DNA from: Alphaproteobacteria bacterium
GTDB lineage: Bacteria > Pseudomonadota > Alphaproteobacteria > JABAAW01 > JAHZMA01
DNA length: 64,000 nucleotides
Direction: 5' to 3'
Assembly (NCBI GenBank): GCA_965243045.1
Contig: CBDETR010000004.1
Coordinates: forward strand, 286,301-350,300
Part shown: one piece after another, positions 19,086 through 28,020 of the stretch
Layout: the number at the start of each line of letters is the position of its first letter
Position numbering within the stretch: the first letter of the stretch is position 1
The notes under the pieces: model-generated
What the model was told of the DNA's origin: nothing
Seen by the model: the letters and a program-made list of their open reading frames with translations, nothing else
Databases searched by the model: none
Translations under genes and position numbers: made by a program

Positions 19086-20276
19086 TCAATGGTTTTTCTT
19101 TTTCATAATGCCCTTATATAATTGCTGATAGGCTAACACACTTTGCGAGAGATTAAATAGTTTATCTGCTTTTGCCTTACCCGCCTGCCCGAATTGATGC
19201 ATTTTTTGAGGATTTTGAAGCATGAATGCAATCTTATCAGCCAGCTGTTGCGGCGCATGAGGGGCGATTAATAATCCTGTTTTGCCATCATCAATCAATT
19301 CTGGAATACCGCCAACATTTGTGGCAATCACTGGTAATTCAGCACTCATCGCCTCAATAATGGCGTTAGGCAAGCCTTCAGTATGCGAGGGGTGCACATG
19401 CAAATGACTTTGTTGTAATAAAGCTATCACATTATCGCAATGTCCCATAAATTGGATAATTTCTTCAAACTGATGATTTTTTAGAAAATCGTGATAGTCA
19501 GCAAGGTTATTATTTTCATCACGACCCGCAATTAATAGCTTAAATTTTAATGTTGAATGTTGCTGTTTTAATAAACGCATCGCTTCTAACAAATCACCAT
19601 AGCCTTTATAAGAATGCAAATTACCAATAGCGGTTATTGTAAAATAATCTGTTTGATAAAAATCAATAGCGCGATTAATCGTGAATTTTTCTGTTTCAAT
19701 GCCATTATAAATTAAACATTTTTTATGAGATGAAACCCCTTCATCCGTTAAATTTTGTAAAATTGCTTGTGAGTTTCCAACTATTTTATCACATAGGGGA
19801 TGACAAAGTTTTTTTTCAACTCGTGCCAATAAAGGGTATTTTTGATGATGATAATGAAGATTCAAACGCGACATAATCAAAAAAGGACGTTTGCGGAACC
19901 CTAATAAAAAAGCAATGGCGGTATAAAAATACGGACGTAATAAAAACACATGAACAATATCGGGGCGAATTTTTTTAATGAAATGGCGAATGAAAAGCAC
20001 CGGTATCATTTGTTTGATAATGGGTATTTTTTGCAATAATTTTAATAGATAGGAAGATTCTGAATGATGTACTTTCACCATCTTGCTCTCACATAAATCT
20101 GCCAAAACACCACGATGATGATAGGTTAATATCTCAATCATATCTTGCTGGTGTTGGTTTAAGACTGAAAAATTACGAATAATATCCATCTCAGCACCAC
20201 CCACATCAAGCGCATCAATAACAATTAAGATTTTTTTCGTATCATTTTTTTTCATTGGGGCTTTTTCATTGGGCAT
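19086..20276 (-). CDS. Family 4 (GT-B) glycosyltransferase
   Basis: 'VGGAE' at the N-terminus, 'SYKGYGDLLEAM', and the 'SHTEGLPNAIIEAMSAELPVIATNVGGIPELI' E-x7-E motif. Confidence 0.8.
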   Translation of the reverse strand: MPNEKAPMKKNDTKKILIVIDALDVGGAEMDIIRNFSVLNQHQQDMIEILTYHHRGVLADLCESKMVKVHHSESSYLLKLLQKIPIIKQMIPVLFIRHFIKKIRPDIVHVFLLRPYFYTAIAFLLGFRKRPFLIMSRLNLHYHHQKYPLLARVEKKLCHPLCDKIVGNSQAILQNLTDEGVSSHKKCLIYNGIETEKFTINRAIDFYQTDYFTITAIGNLHSYKGYGDLLEAMRLLKQQHSTLKFKLLIAGRDENNNLADYHDFLKNHQFEEIIQFMGHCDNVIALLQQSHLHVHPSHTEGLPNAIIEAMSAELPVIATNVGGIPELIDDGKTGLLIAPHAPQQLADKIAFMLQNPQKMHQFGQAGKAKADKLFNLSQSVLAYQQLYKGIMKKKNH

Positions 20277-20969
20277 TCAATCATATGAACGTAATAACGA
20301 ATTTATATCAATATTATGTGCTGAGGTCACCAAAGGCAAACCTAACTGTGTTAGCAGCAATTTTCCAAATAAAGATTCTTGACGCCATGCAACCGAAGAA
20401 ATCCAACGATGCGGTGATTCAAAACCTGTACTATCAGGGGTTGCATGCCCATCACGCCCTTCTTGCTGTTCAAATAAATAATGCTGATAATCAGGTGATT
20501 GTAAAAATTTTCTATAAGCCATTGCACGCTGTTTTTGCAAAGGAAATATCTTGCCCCAACCAGCCGCATGTTCAATATTATCTAAAATAATCAGCGCATC
20601 ACTTTTCATCAAAATGGCTTTTTCTAATATTTCGCGCCGTGCAATCCCATCAATCATGATAATATCCCAATCTTGCGTAAAAATTTCTTCTGGAATATCA
20701 CTAAATTTTTCTGCCTTTGTTAGATTAAGCGCATATTTTGTTTCATCTAAACCTTTTGCCATATGATGAAGCGCATCTATATATGTTGGTTTGCTTTCAA
20801 AAGAGGTAACAGCGCACCCTTTCTCTAAAAAAAACAAAGTAGAATTGCCCGCGCCAAATTCTAGCACCTGCAATGATTTATTGCTAAAAGCAGGATACCA
20901 TTTGAAAAAATTTTGTATAAAACGTACGCAATCTGATGTTAACCATGGCTGAATTCTTAATTTCATCAT
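20277..20969 (-). CDS. Class I SAM-dependent methyltransferase-like protein
   Basis: 'VLEFGAGNSTLFF' glycine-rich motif I and an acidic 'IIMIDG' motif. The gene is translationally coupled to its neighbours. Confidence 0.5.
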   Translation of the reverse strand: MMKLRIQPWLTSDCVRFIQNFFKWYPAFSNKSLQVLEFGAGNSTLFFLEKGCAVTSFESKPTYIDALHHMAKGLDETKYALNLTKAEKFSDIPEEIFTQDWDIIMIDGIARREILEKAILMKSDALIILDNIEHAAGWGKIFPLQKQRAMAYRKFLQSPDYQHYLFEQQEGRDGHATPDSTGFESPHRWISSVAWRQESLFGKLLLTQLGLPLVTSAHNIDINSLLRSYD

Positions 20970-22204
20970 ACAGTCTTAATAAAATCAGTCACTTTTTCAG
21001 CAACGATTAGCGGTTTAATAGAAGGCATGCAATCGAGTTGTTTTTTACCTAACGGACATATTTCCATCCAAAAATTAGTCAAAAAATCACATTCATGACA
21101 AGGCTGTGCTTGAAGGTTGATATTATCAGGATAGGAAAAATAGCTCGCATTAGATGGTCCGAACAGCACCAATGATTTTACCCCTAATGCTGCCGCCAAA
21201 TGCACCAAACCACTATCAATATCAATATGAAGAATACTATGTTTTAAAATTAACATAGCATCATCAAAAGAAGTTTTATTGCGCAAATTAATATCTGTTC
21301 CTTGATAATCACAACCATTTGTACCACCTATCTGCACAAGCATAATATGAGGGCGATGCACCTTAAGTAAATTAATCAATTCCTGCCAATGCGTTGCGGG
21401 GTAACGTTTTGTACAATAGCCCAAATTTAATTGTGTATCCCAGCCATCATGCAGCGTAATATACTTTTTTGCCTGTAAATCAGGATGTATATCAGTAAGA
21501 TTTTTATCAAATTGAACAGGAATCCGATAATCTGTTAATTCCAAACCGCTGACTTTAATCAAAAAATCATTGCGATTATAACCTTGTGCGATAATTCTAT
21601 CAAAATCCAATCCACAATTAAATTTATCATTATAAATCACATAATCATCAATTTTTGCTTGAGAATGAGTGAGAAATGTTTTTATTTCCTTAAATCTTTT
21701 TTTATTCCTATCATGATATTCTAGCACATTAATACGATGATTAAGCATCAAACTAATATCATAATAAGGTGCAACCAATGCTAAATCTGTATCCGCAAAA
21801 AGCATATGGATATGACACGCTTCGGTGATTTTGTTAATATTCTTATGCCCTGCAAAATAACAATCTATCTTCAAATATGGCTGCTTTTTCTGTAATGCCT
21901 TAACCCAGCGTAATTGACAAATCGCATCACCAATACCCCCTGTTAAACGAATGGCTATATGAATATCATGGCTGTTAGGGTAATTTTTAATATTTATCGG
22001 GATAAGGTAATTGCTATTTTGAAAAATTCTTTTCTGCAAAATACGAAAATGTCTGATAAAAAATCCAACCACATAGGTGCGCGAAGGGTTAGATTGCCAT
22101 AAATCACGAAAAAACTGATAATAATAAAGTACTTTATTTTTCTTGCCCCGCTTTTCTTCTTTTTTACGCCGTGCTTTTAATTGTTCTAACTGTATCATCA
22201 TCAC
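20966..22204 (-). CDS. Family 9 glycosyltransferase (heptosyltransferase-like)
   Basis: 'RLTGGIGDAICQLRWVKAL' and 'DSGLVHLAAALGVKSLVLFGPS' are typical GT9 motifs. There is an N-terminal basic extension. Confidence 0.7.
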   Translation of the reverse strand: MMMIQLEQLKARRKKEEKRGKKNKVLYYYQFFRDLWQSNPSRTYVVGFFIRHFRILQKRIFQNSNYLIPINIKNYPNSHDIHIAIRLTGGIGDAICQLRWVKALQKKQPYLKIDCYFAGHKNINKITEACHIHMLFADTDLALVAPYYDISLMLNHRINVLEYHDRNKKRFKEIKTFLTHSQAKIDDYVIYNDKFNCGLDFDRIIAQGYNRNDFLIKVSGLELTDYRIPVQFDKNLTDIHPDLQAKKYITLHDGWDTQLNLGYCTKRYPATHWQELINLLKVHRPHIMLVQIGGTNGCDYQGTDINLRNKTSFDDAMLILKHSILHIDIDSGLVHLAAALGVKSLVLFGPSNASYFSYPDNINLQAQPCHECDFLTNFWMEICPLGKKQLDCMPSIKPLIVAEKVTDFIKTV

Positions 22205-22216
22205 TCATCATTAAAT

Positions 22217-22390
22217 TTATGCATATTCAATTTTCCTAACATATTTTAATAAATTTGTCATGCATTCCTTAAACACACCTGCTACGAATACGCAAAAAGG
22301 TAATTTATTATATTCAGGTTTTAATATTTTCAGTGCTTCCAACAAATCAAAATAACCTTTACGCTCAGTCAAATTTGTTGCAACATTTCT
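22217..22390 (-). pseudogene. Start-less relic of a GT4 glycosyltransferase
   Basis: The minus-strand reading '...NVATNLTERKGYFDLLEALKILKPEYNKLPFCVFVAGV...' resembles the start of the second Rossmann domain of GT4 enzymes (compare 'SYKGYGDLLEAMRLLK' in the 19086-20276 product). It has no ATG and only about 57 codons. Confidence 0.3.
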
Positions 22391-22396
22391 ACCTTG

Positions 22397-23989
22397 TTAT
22401 TCATACGTTTTCTCATGAAACTCTTTTAAAATATTCCTATCAATTTTTCCATTTTGATTAAGAGGCATCTCAGCAATCACGATAATCTTATCTGGCACCA
22501 TATAATATGGTAAATATTTTTTAGTCTCATTAATAATATCTCTTTTATTGATAAGGGTTTTATCACCTTCAATAAATCCAAAAATTTGCTGACTATTATT
22601 TTTATCAATCACGATTGCCGATGTCATTTCCTGCCCACTAATTTTTCTTAAAATAACAGCAATTTCTTCTAACTCCACACGGTTACCATCGCGCTTGATT
22701 TGATGATCGGCACGTGAAACAAAATAAAGAAACCCATCATCATCCTTTTTTACAATATCACCCGTTTTATACCAAATTTGCTTACCTGTATCAGCGAAAG
22801 TAACAAAACTTTCTTGAGTTTTTTCTGGGTTTTTCCAATAACCATCAATAACCTGCGTACCCCCTAAATATAACTCGCCTTGATTGCTTTGCTGACCATC
22901 TGCATCAATAATCCGATAATGTTGATTATCAAAAATTTTTCCCAAACTCGCATAATTTTTATAAGATTTCTCTTCTTGCCATTGATAAAATGAAACAAAT
23001 ACCGATGCTTCGGTAGGACCATAAAAATTATATATGTCGCTATTAGATGCAGCCTTTTGCCATGCTTTTAAAATATCAACCGATAATGCCTCACCACCAA
23101 AACAAGTTTTTCTAATAGCAGGAAAAGCATCTTCTTTCAGTAATCCTAATTTTTGCATTAAGTGAAATGTTGATGGCACTGCAGAAAAGAAATTGATTTG
23201 ATGCTGTTGCAAAAATTGTGCAGGTGCCATCATTGCCGCTGGTGGAATGGGATAAAGCGATGCGCCTTGATTAAAACATAAGAATATATCATGCACACTA
23301 AAATCAAATCCCAATGCAAATATTTGTGACAACTTATCGCTAGGCTGAATCATTAATATTTTTTGGGCATTCGCTAAGTAACCCGTAATATTACGATGCT
23401 TAACAGGAACACCTTTTGGTTTGCCTGTTGTGCCAGACGTAAATAACAGATAAGCGTTATCATTTTTATCACCTATTGAAGCAAATGCATCATAGGTTAA
23501 AGGGGCAAAAGTTGTTTCATGCAAATCATGATAATCATGAATTGGGTAAGTTTCTTTAATGTTATCAGAGATTTTATCAAAACTGATAATCACCAATGAT
23601 TGTGTGTTGCCTATCGTATATCGATGGCTTAACAAATCTTGCAAATCATCAAAAAAATCTTTAGAAACAATGATGATTGAGCTTTCAGATTGTTGTAAAA
23701 TTTCTTGCTTTCTAATGATGGGAGCTTTTACTGCTAGCGGGCAGTAAGTTTTTCCTGCCGTTAAAATTCCTAACAGGGCTGCATAAGAGGTTAAATTCTT
23801 TTCCCCCATAATTGTCACAATATCAACATTAATATCTTTGCTCAACTCTTGCAATAAAGAGGCAATTTGTAATGATTTCTGTGCAATTTGACCATAAGAA
23901 TAATACGTGCCATTCTCATGCAAACAATCATTATCAGTGTGATTATTTGCATAATGCCAAAAACCACTTTCTAATCTATCTATCATCAT
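22397..23989 (-). CDS. DltA-like adenylate-forming enzyme (stand-alone adenylation domain)
   Basis: 'LLFTSGTTGKPKGV', 'FGGEAL', 'NFYGPTEASV', 'YKTGD', 'KRDGNRVELEEI' and 'LNQNGKIDR'. Confidence 0.85.
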   Translation of the reverse strand: MMIDRLESGFWHYANNHTDNDCLHENGTYYSYGQIAQKSLQIASLLQELSKDINVDIVTIMGEKNLTSYAALLGILTAGKTYCPLAVKAPIIRKQEILQQSESSIIIVSKDFFDDLQDLLSHRYTIGNTQSLVIISFDKISDNIKETYPIHDYHDLHETTFAPLTYDAFASIGDKNDNAYLLFTSGTTGKPKGVPVKHRNITGYLANAQKILMIQPSDKLSQIFALGFDFSVHDIFLCFNQGASLYPIPPAAMMAPAQFLQQHQINFFSAVPSTFHLMQKLGLLKEDAFPAIRKTCFGGEALSVDILKAWQKAASNSDIYNFYGPTEASVFVSFYQWQEEKSYKNYASLGKIFDNQHYRIIDADGQQSNQGELYLGGTQVIDGYWKNPEKTQESFVTFADTGKQIWYKTGDIVKKDDDGFLYFVSRADHQIKRDGNRVELEEIAVILRKISGQEMTSAIVIDKNNSQQIFGFIEGDKTLINKRDIINETKKYLPYYMVPDKIIVIAEMPLNQNGKIDRNILKEFHEKTYE

Positions 23990-23999
23990 TGCAATCTTA

Positions 24000-24046
24000 T
24001 TAAAATCTCATTAAAAATCATGGTTAAAATCTCATTAAAATCATGG
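24000..24046. repeat. 24/23-bp tandem direct repeat running into a G7 tract (24045-24051)
   Basis: TTAAAATCTCATTAAAAATCATGG (24000-24023) is followed directly by TTAAAATCTCATTAAAATCATGG (24024-24046) and then GGGGG. Confidence 0.85.
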
Positions 24047-24111
24047 GGGGGCATGTCAACTCATGGCATTATAATTGCTTAAATATGTATAATGTTTTGA
24101 AAGGAAAATCA

Positions 24112-24789
24112 ATGGCTGAAAGCAATGTTGACCCTATTTGGGAACAAGAATATCATGCAGGCAAGCAACTTAACCGTTACCCTTATGACCAATTAGTTAC
24201 TTTTATTTATAAATATTATCCACGCCATAAAGAACGCGCCGATATTACGATTTGTGAAATAGGTTTTGGCGCAGGTAATAATCTATGGTTTTGCGCGCGT
24301 GAAGGCTTTAAAATCTGTGGCATAGAACCATCAATATCCGCACTTGAATATGCGAAAAAGCGGTTTGCTGAAGAAGGCCTAGAAGGTGATTTACGTGAAG
24401 GCGTATCTGATGCGTTGCCTTTTGCTGATGGCTCCATTGATATTATGATTAACCGATTGGCATTGCCTGCTGTTACCTATGATGTTAACAATAAAACCAT
24501 GGCTGAAATTCACCGTTGCTTAAACAAAGATGGTCTGTTTTACAATAATATGTTTGCCGATGATTCCACCTTAGTTGGAACAAAATTACCCAATGGTTCT
24601 TATATAGATATGGAAGGTTGGTTCGAAGGAAATGGTTTAGAAACATTTTATAGCAAACAGCAAATGGAAGATTTATATCCTGAAGATAAATGGCAAATCT
24701 TAAATAAAATTTGGACCAGCATGAAAGATGATGTGTCTTCTGATTGTGGTATGCTGAACCAATGGTGCTTTATCAGTAAAAAATTATAA
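24112..24789 (+). CDS. Class I SAM-dependent methyltransferase
   Basis: An AAGGA RBS precedes the ATG at 24112. 'ICEIGFGAGNNLWFCAREGFKICGIEPS' is motif I plus the post-I acidic residue. Confidence 0.8.
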   Translation: MAESNVDPIWEQEYHAGKQLNRYPYDQLVTFIYKYYPRHKERADITICEIGFGAGNNLWFCAREGFKICGIEPSISALEYAKKRFAEEGLEGDLREGVSDALPFADGSIDIMINRLALPAVTYDVNNKTMAEIHRCLNKDGLFYNNMFADDSTLVGTKLPNGSYIDMEGWFEGNGLETFYSKQQMEDLYPEDKWQILNKIWTSMKDDVSSDCGMLNQWCFISKKL

Positions 24790-24795
24790 TTTATA

Positions 24796-25038
24796 ATGTC
24801 TAAAAATATTGAAAAAAAATTACTAGATTTTATCAAAAACAACTATGACCTTGATGACCTTGATGAAACCCAAGATTTGTTAAATAGTGGATTACTAGAT
24901 TCTATCAAAATGATGCAGGTTATTTTATTTATTGAGCAAACTTTTAATATTACTTTTTCTGCCGAAATATTAGGTGACATTGAGCATTTTTCTAATATCA
25001 AAAAAATTGCAACGTTAATTGTGTCACAAGAAGAATAA
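24796..25038 (+). CDS. DltC-like acyl/peptidyl carrier protein
   Basis: The 80-aa product contains 'LLNSGLLDSIKMMQVILFIEQTF' with a phosphopantetheine-attachment Ser in a DltC-like context. Confidence 0.75.
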   Translation: MSKNIEKKLLDFIKNNYDLDDLDETQDLLNSGLLDSIKMMQVILFIEQTFNITFSAEILGDIEHFSNIKKIATLIVSQEE

Positions 25039-25850
25039 TGATGCCTACAACATTAAACCTTGCTGATATTATTGCCACATTAAAAGATGTAGGGATTAAA
25101 ACTGGCGACCATCTGATGATGCACGCATCCATGGTACCTTTTTATAGAATTGATATTGGCATTGAAAAAGCCAGTTTCGCAATCATTGATGCCATCTTAG
25201 AATTAATAGGTAGCCGTGGCACATTGGTTGTGCCTACATTTACCTTATCATTTTCTCATTCAAAATATTATCATGAAACGCATAGCCCTTCAGAAGCAAT
25301 GGGGCTTTTAAGTGAAAATGTTCGCTTAAACCCAAACGCCAAACGCACCCATCACCCTATGCAATCATTGTGTTCTATTGGTTATTATCAAAAACAGCTT
25401 GATGAAATTATGACGCCATCTGCTTATATGCAAGGTTCGACACATGATTTTATTTATAAAAATAATTTCAAATTATTGCTCTTAGGTGTTGATGGACGCG
25501 CCGCAACAATATCACATCTGGCAGAAGAAACTATGAATGTTCCTTATCGTTTTAATAAAACTCTAACAGGTGATGTTAGTTTTAAGGATAAGAAACCATT
25601 AAATGAGTGGCATTTTTTTGCACGTAATCTTGATTGCAACCCAATCATTAATGAAAATCATACAATGGAGCTTCTCAAACGTAAAAACCTATGGATAGGA
25701 GCACAGACTCATTCTATTCCTATTAGTTGTTGTGATATAAAAACTTATATGGCTGAATTATTAACAGCATTAGAAGAAAATCCTTATTTCCTAGTAACAA
25801 ATGCCGATGAAGTGAAAGAGTTTTGTAGAAAGAAAACCTTTGAAAGATGA
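25038..25850 (+). CDS. AAC(3)/Antibiotic_NAT-fold acyltransferase-like protein
   Basis: 'LMMHASM', 'GTLVVPTFT' and 'ISHLAEETMNVPYRF' follow the motif order of the aminoglycoside 3-N-acetyltransferase family. The start overlaps the carrier-protein stop as TAATG. Confidence 0.7.
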   Translation: MMPTTLNLADIIATLKDVGIKTGDHLMMHASMVPFYRIDIGIEKASFAIIDAILELIGSRGTLVVPTFTLSFSHSKYYHETHSPSEAMGLLSENVRLNPNAKRTHHPMQSLCSIGYYQKQLDEIMTPSAYMQGSTHDFIYKNNFKLLLLGVDGRAATISHLAEETMNVPYRFNKTLTGDVSFKDKKPLNEWHFFARNLDCNPIINENHTMELLKRKNLWIGAQTHSIPISCCDIKTYMAELLTALEENPYFLVTNADEVKEFCRKKTFER

Positions 25851-27261
25851 ATCAAACCAATATGATTGCGCGATTATTGGTGGTAATTTTGCAGGCTTAT
25901 TCGCAAGCCACTATCTCACAACGCATCATCACAAAAAAGTGATTTTATTGGAAGCATCAAACAAATTAGGTGGCGTGATGCAACCCATCCTTTTTAAGGG
26001 TTTGAAAATGGATTTAGGAGCGCAATATATTTCAACAATTTTTCCGCATATCACAGACTATTTCGTCCAATTATCAAATGATAGCATTGTGCCAACAAAA
26101 TTCAATATCACAAGCCGTTTCTATGATAAAATTCATCCTACCGCCGGACCTGATTTAACCCATCTAAATGATGATATTTTACAGCAAATACAGACAGATT
26201 TATTAAGCAAAAGCAAAATTTTTCCTGCCAAGCGCTATCAAACTTATGATGCATTCATGCACAATCGTTGGGGAAAATCAGCGCGTGATTATTTAACCCC
26301 CTTTATTCGTAAAGTAACGTTGCGTGACCCACAAGAAATTGACCAAACCAGCCTCTATCTTAAACAATTTTATCGCATCAATATCTCAAAAAATAATCAA
26401 TTTTTACAAAAATTCTCTCTCAACCTTATCCATCATATGGATATGATTGTCCGCAAATATATACCAAACAAAGTCTTAATAGGTTTTTTTAATCAAATTA
26501 ATAAGAAAAATCGAGTCTCTGACCCTAACCGAAAATTTGATTATTGGAACAATTATTATCCACGCAAGAAATATATTGGCGCGTTTTTAGAAGAAATGTT
26601 GCAGAATATAAAACAGCATCACATTGAAACTCAAACTCAAAGCAAGGTTGTTAAAATAACACCCGCAGGCAAGAAATTGCAGATTGAAACCGAAGCTGGA
26701 GAATTTTATAACGTGCAAAATATTCTTTGGTGCTCGCCATTGAATATTTTAGAAAATATTCTGTTACAAACCAATGAATTGGTTAATTTTGAAAGTAGCT
26801 CTGGCGCGCTCATTATATTTTTTGTGCTGAACGAACATAATAATATCCCTGAAAATGGCTATTTAGAACAGATGGATGATGATATGTTGCTATGGCGTAT
26901 CAGTAGCAACCAAAGTTATGTTGATGATGACCCCAATCACATCAAAAATTACATCACAATAGAAGCACCATTTAGCCCTGAAGCATACGAGAACAGCAAT
27001 CTTGATGACTTAAAACAGCAATTATGGCAAGAAGCCACTGATTTAAATATTGTTAGCGGTAAAATGCCCGATGAAAATATGCATCTTTACAGCCCTTATA
27101 TTCATAAAATCTTTCTGAAAGACCATTCTAAAATAGTTGCAAAAATCAATAAAAAGATTAAAAAACTCAGCCCCAATATTCAATTCTTAAAACCACATAT
27201 ATCTAACCGTGCTTATATCGCCCATGAAATTATCAATATCTGTGATAAAAAATTTGGCTAA
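25840..27261 (+). CDS. FAD/NAD(P)-binding oxidoreductase (amine-oxidase/UDP-galactopyranose-mutase-like fold), paralogue 1
   Basis: 'YDCAIIGGNFAGLFASHYL...VILLEASNKLGGVM' dinucleotide-binding motif. A TTG start overlaps the upstream stop. Confidence 0.6.
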   Translation: MKDESNQYDCAIIGGNFAGLFASHYLTTHHHKKVILLEASNKLGGVMQPILFKGLKMDLGAQYISTIFPHITDYFVQLSNDSIVPTKFNITSRFYDKIHPTAGPDLTHLNDDILQQIQTDLLSKSKIFPAKRYQTYDAFMHNRWGKSARDYLTPFIRKVTLRDPQEIDQTSLYLKQFYRINISKNNQFLQKFSLNLIHHMDMIVRKYIPNKVLIGFFNQINKKNRVSDPNRKFDYWNNYYPRKKYIGAFLEEMLQNIKQHHIETQTQSKVVKITPAGKKLQIETEAGEFYNVQNILWCSPLNILENILLQTNELVNFESSSGALIIFFVLNEHNNIPENGYLEQMDDDMLLWRISSNQSYVDDDPNHIKNYITIEAPFSPEAYENSNLDDLKQQLWQEATDLNIVSGKMPDENMHLYSPYIHKIFLKDHSKIVAKINKKIKKLSPNIQFLKPHISNRAYIAHEIINICDKKFG

Positions 27262-27356
27262 CATCAAGCCTTACACATGCTTGACATAGTCCATTGAAAC
27301 AATCTACAAAGATACAAACTACTTTAAGCATTAAAAAGTTACGATAGAAAGTTACG

Positions 27357-28007
27357 ATGGCAGGCATTAATAAATTAATTGAAGGTTATAAAAATTTCCA
27401 TACAGAATATTTTCGTAACGATAAAAGCCTGTATAAACGCCTGAAAGAAATTGGACAAGCCCCCAAAACATTGGTGATTGCCTGTAGTGATTCACGAGTA
27501 GACCCCGGGATTATTACAAAATCAGGTCCGGGTGATATTTTTGTGGTTCGAAATGTTGCCAATTTAGTCCCCCCTTATACCAAAAAAGAAAACCGTACCT
27601 TACATGGGGTAAGCGCGGCGTTAGAATTTGGCGTCCGTATTTTAGAAGTTGAAAATATCATCATATTAGGTCATAGCCATTGTGCTGGAGTGCGCGCCAT
27701 GTTCAATCCAAAATCTGTGCCTTTAGAAACAGATTTCATCGGCGAATGGGTGAAAATTGCCACCCCTGCCAAAAAACGCGCTACGACAAAATACGATACA
27801 GATGAACACCAACAACAATTGCTTCATCATTGCGAACGCGAAACAATTTTACTGTCGCTAGATAATCTTTTAACATTTCCATGGATTAAAGAGCGTGTCA
27901 TCGATAAGAAATTGCAAATTCATGGCTGGTATTTCTCATTAGGTGATGGCAGTCTAAAATATTACGACCAAGAAACAGGCAATTTTATTGCCTTTGAAAC
28001 AGAATAG
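27357..28007 (+). CDS. Beta-class carbonic anhydrase
   Basis: The zinc-ligand motifs 'CSDSRVDP' and 'GHSHCAGV' are present. Confidence 0.9.
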   Translation: MAGINKLIEGYKNFHTEYFRNDKSLYKRLKEIGQAPKTLVIACSDSRVDPGIITKSGPGDIFVVRNVANLVPPYTKKENRTLHGVSAALEFGVRILEVENIIILGHSHCAGVRAMFNPKSVPLETDFIGEWVKIATPAKKRATTKYDTDEHQQQLLHHCERETILLSLDNLLTFPWIKERVIDKKLQIHGWYFSLGDGSLKYYDQETGNFIAFETE

Positions 28008-28020
28008 TCCTTATCTCTTT

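Noticed and set aside
22391-22399. The GT4 relic is in the same frame as the DltA-like gene, directly after its TAA, which suggests stop-codon read-through or a fusion.
   Set aside because: TAA is an efficient stop and the relic corresponds to an internal GT4 segment, not a plausible C-terminal extension. The shared frame is most likely coincidence.
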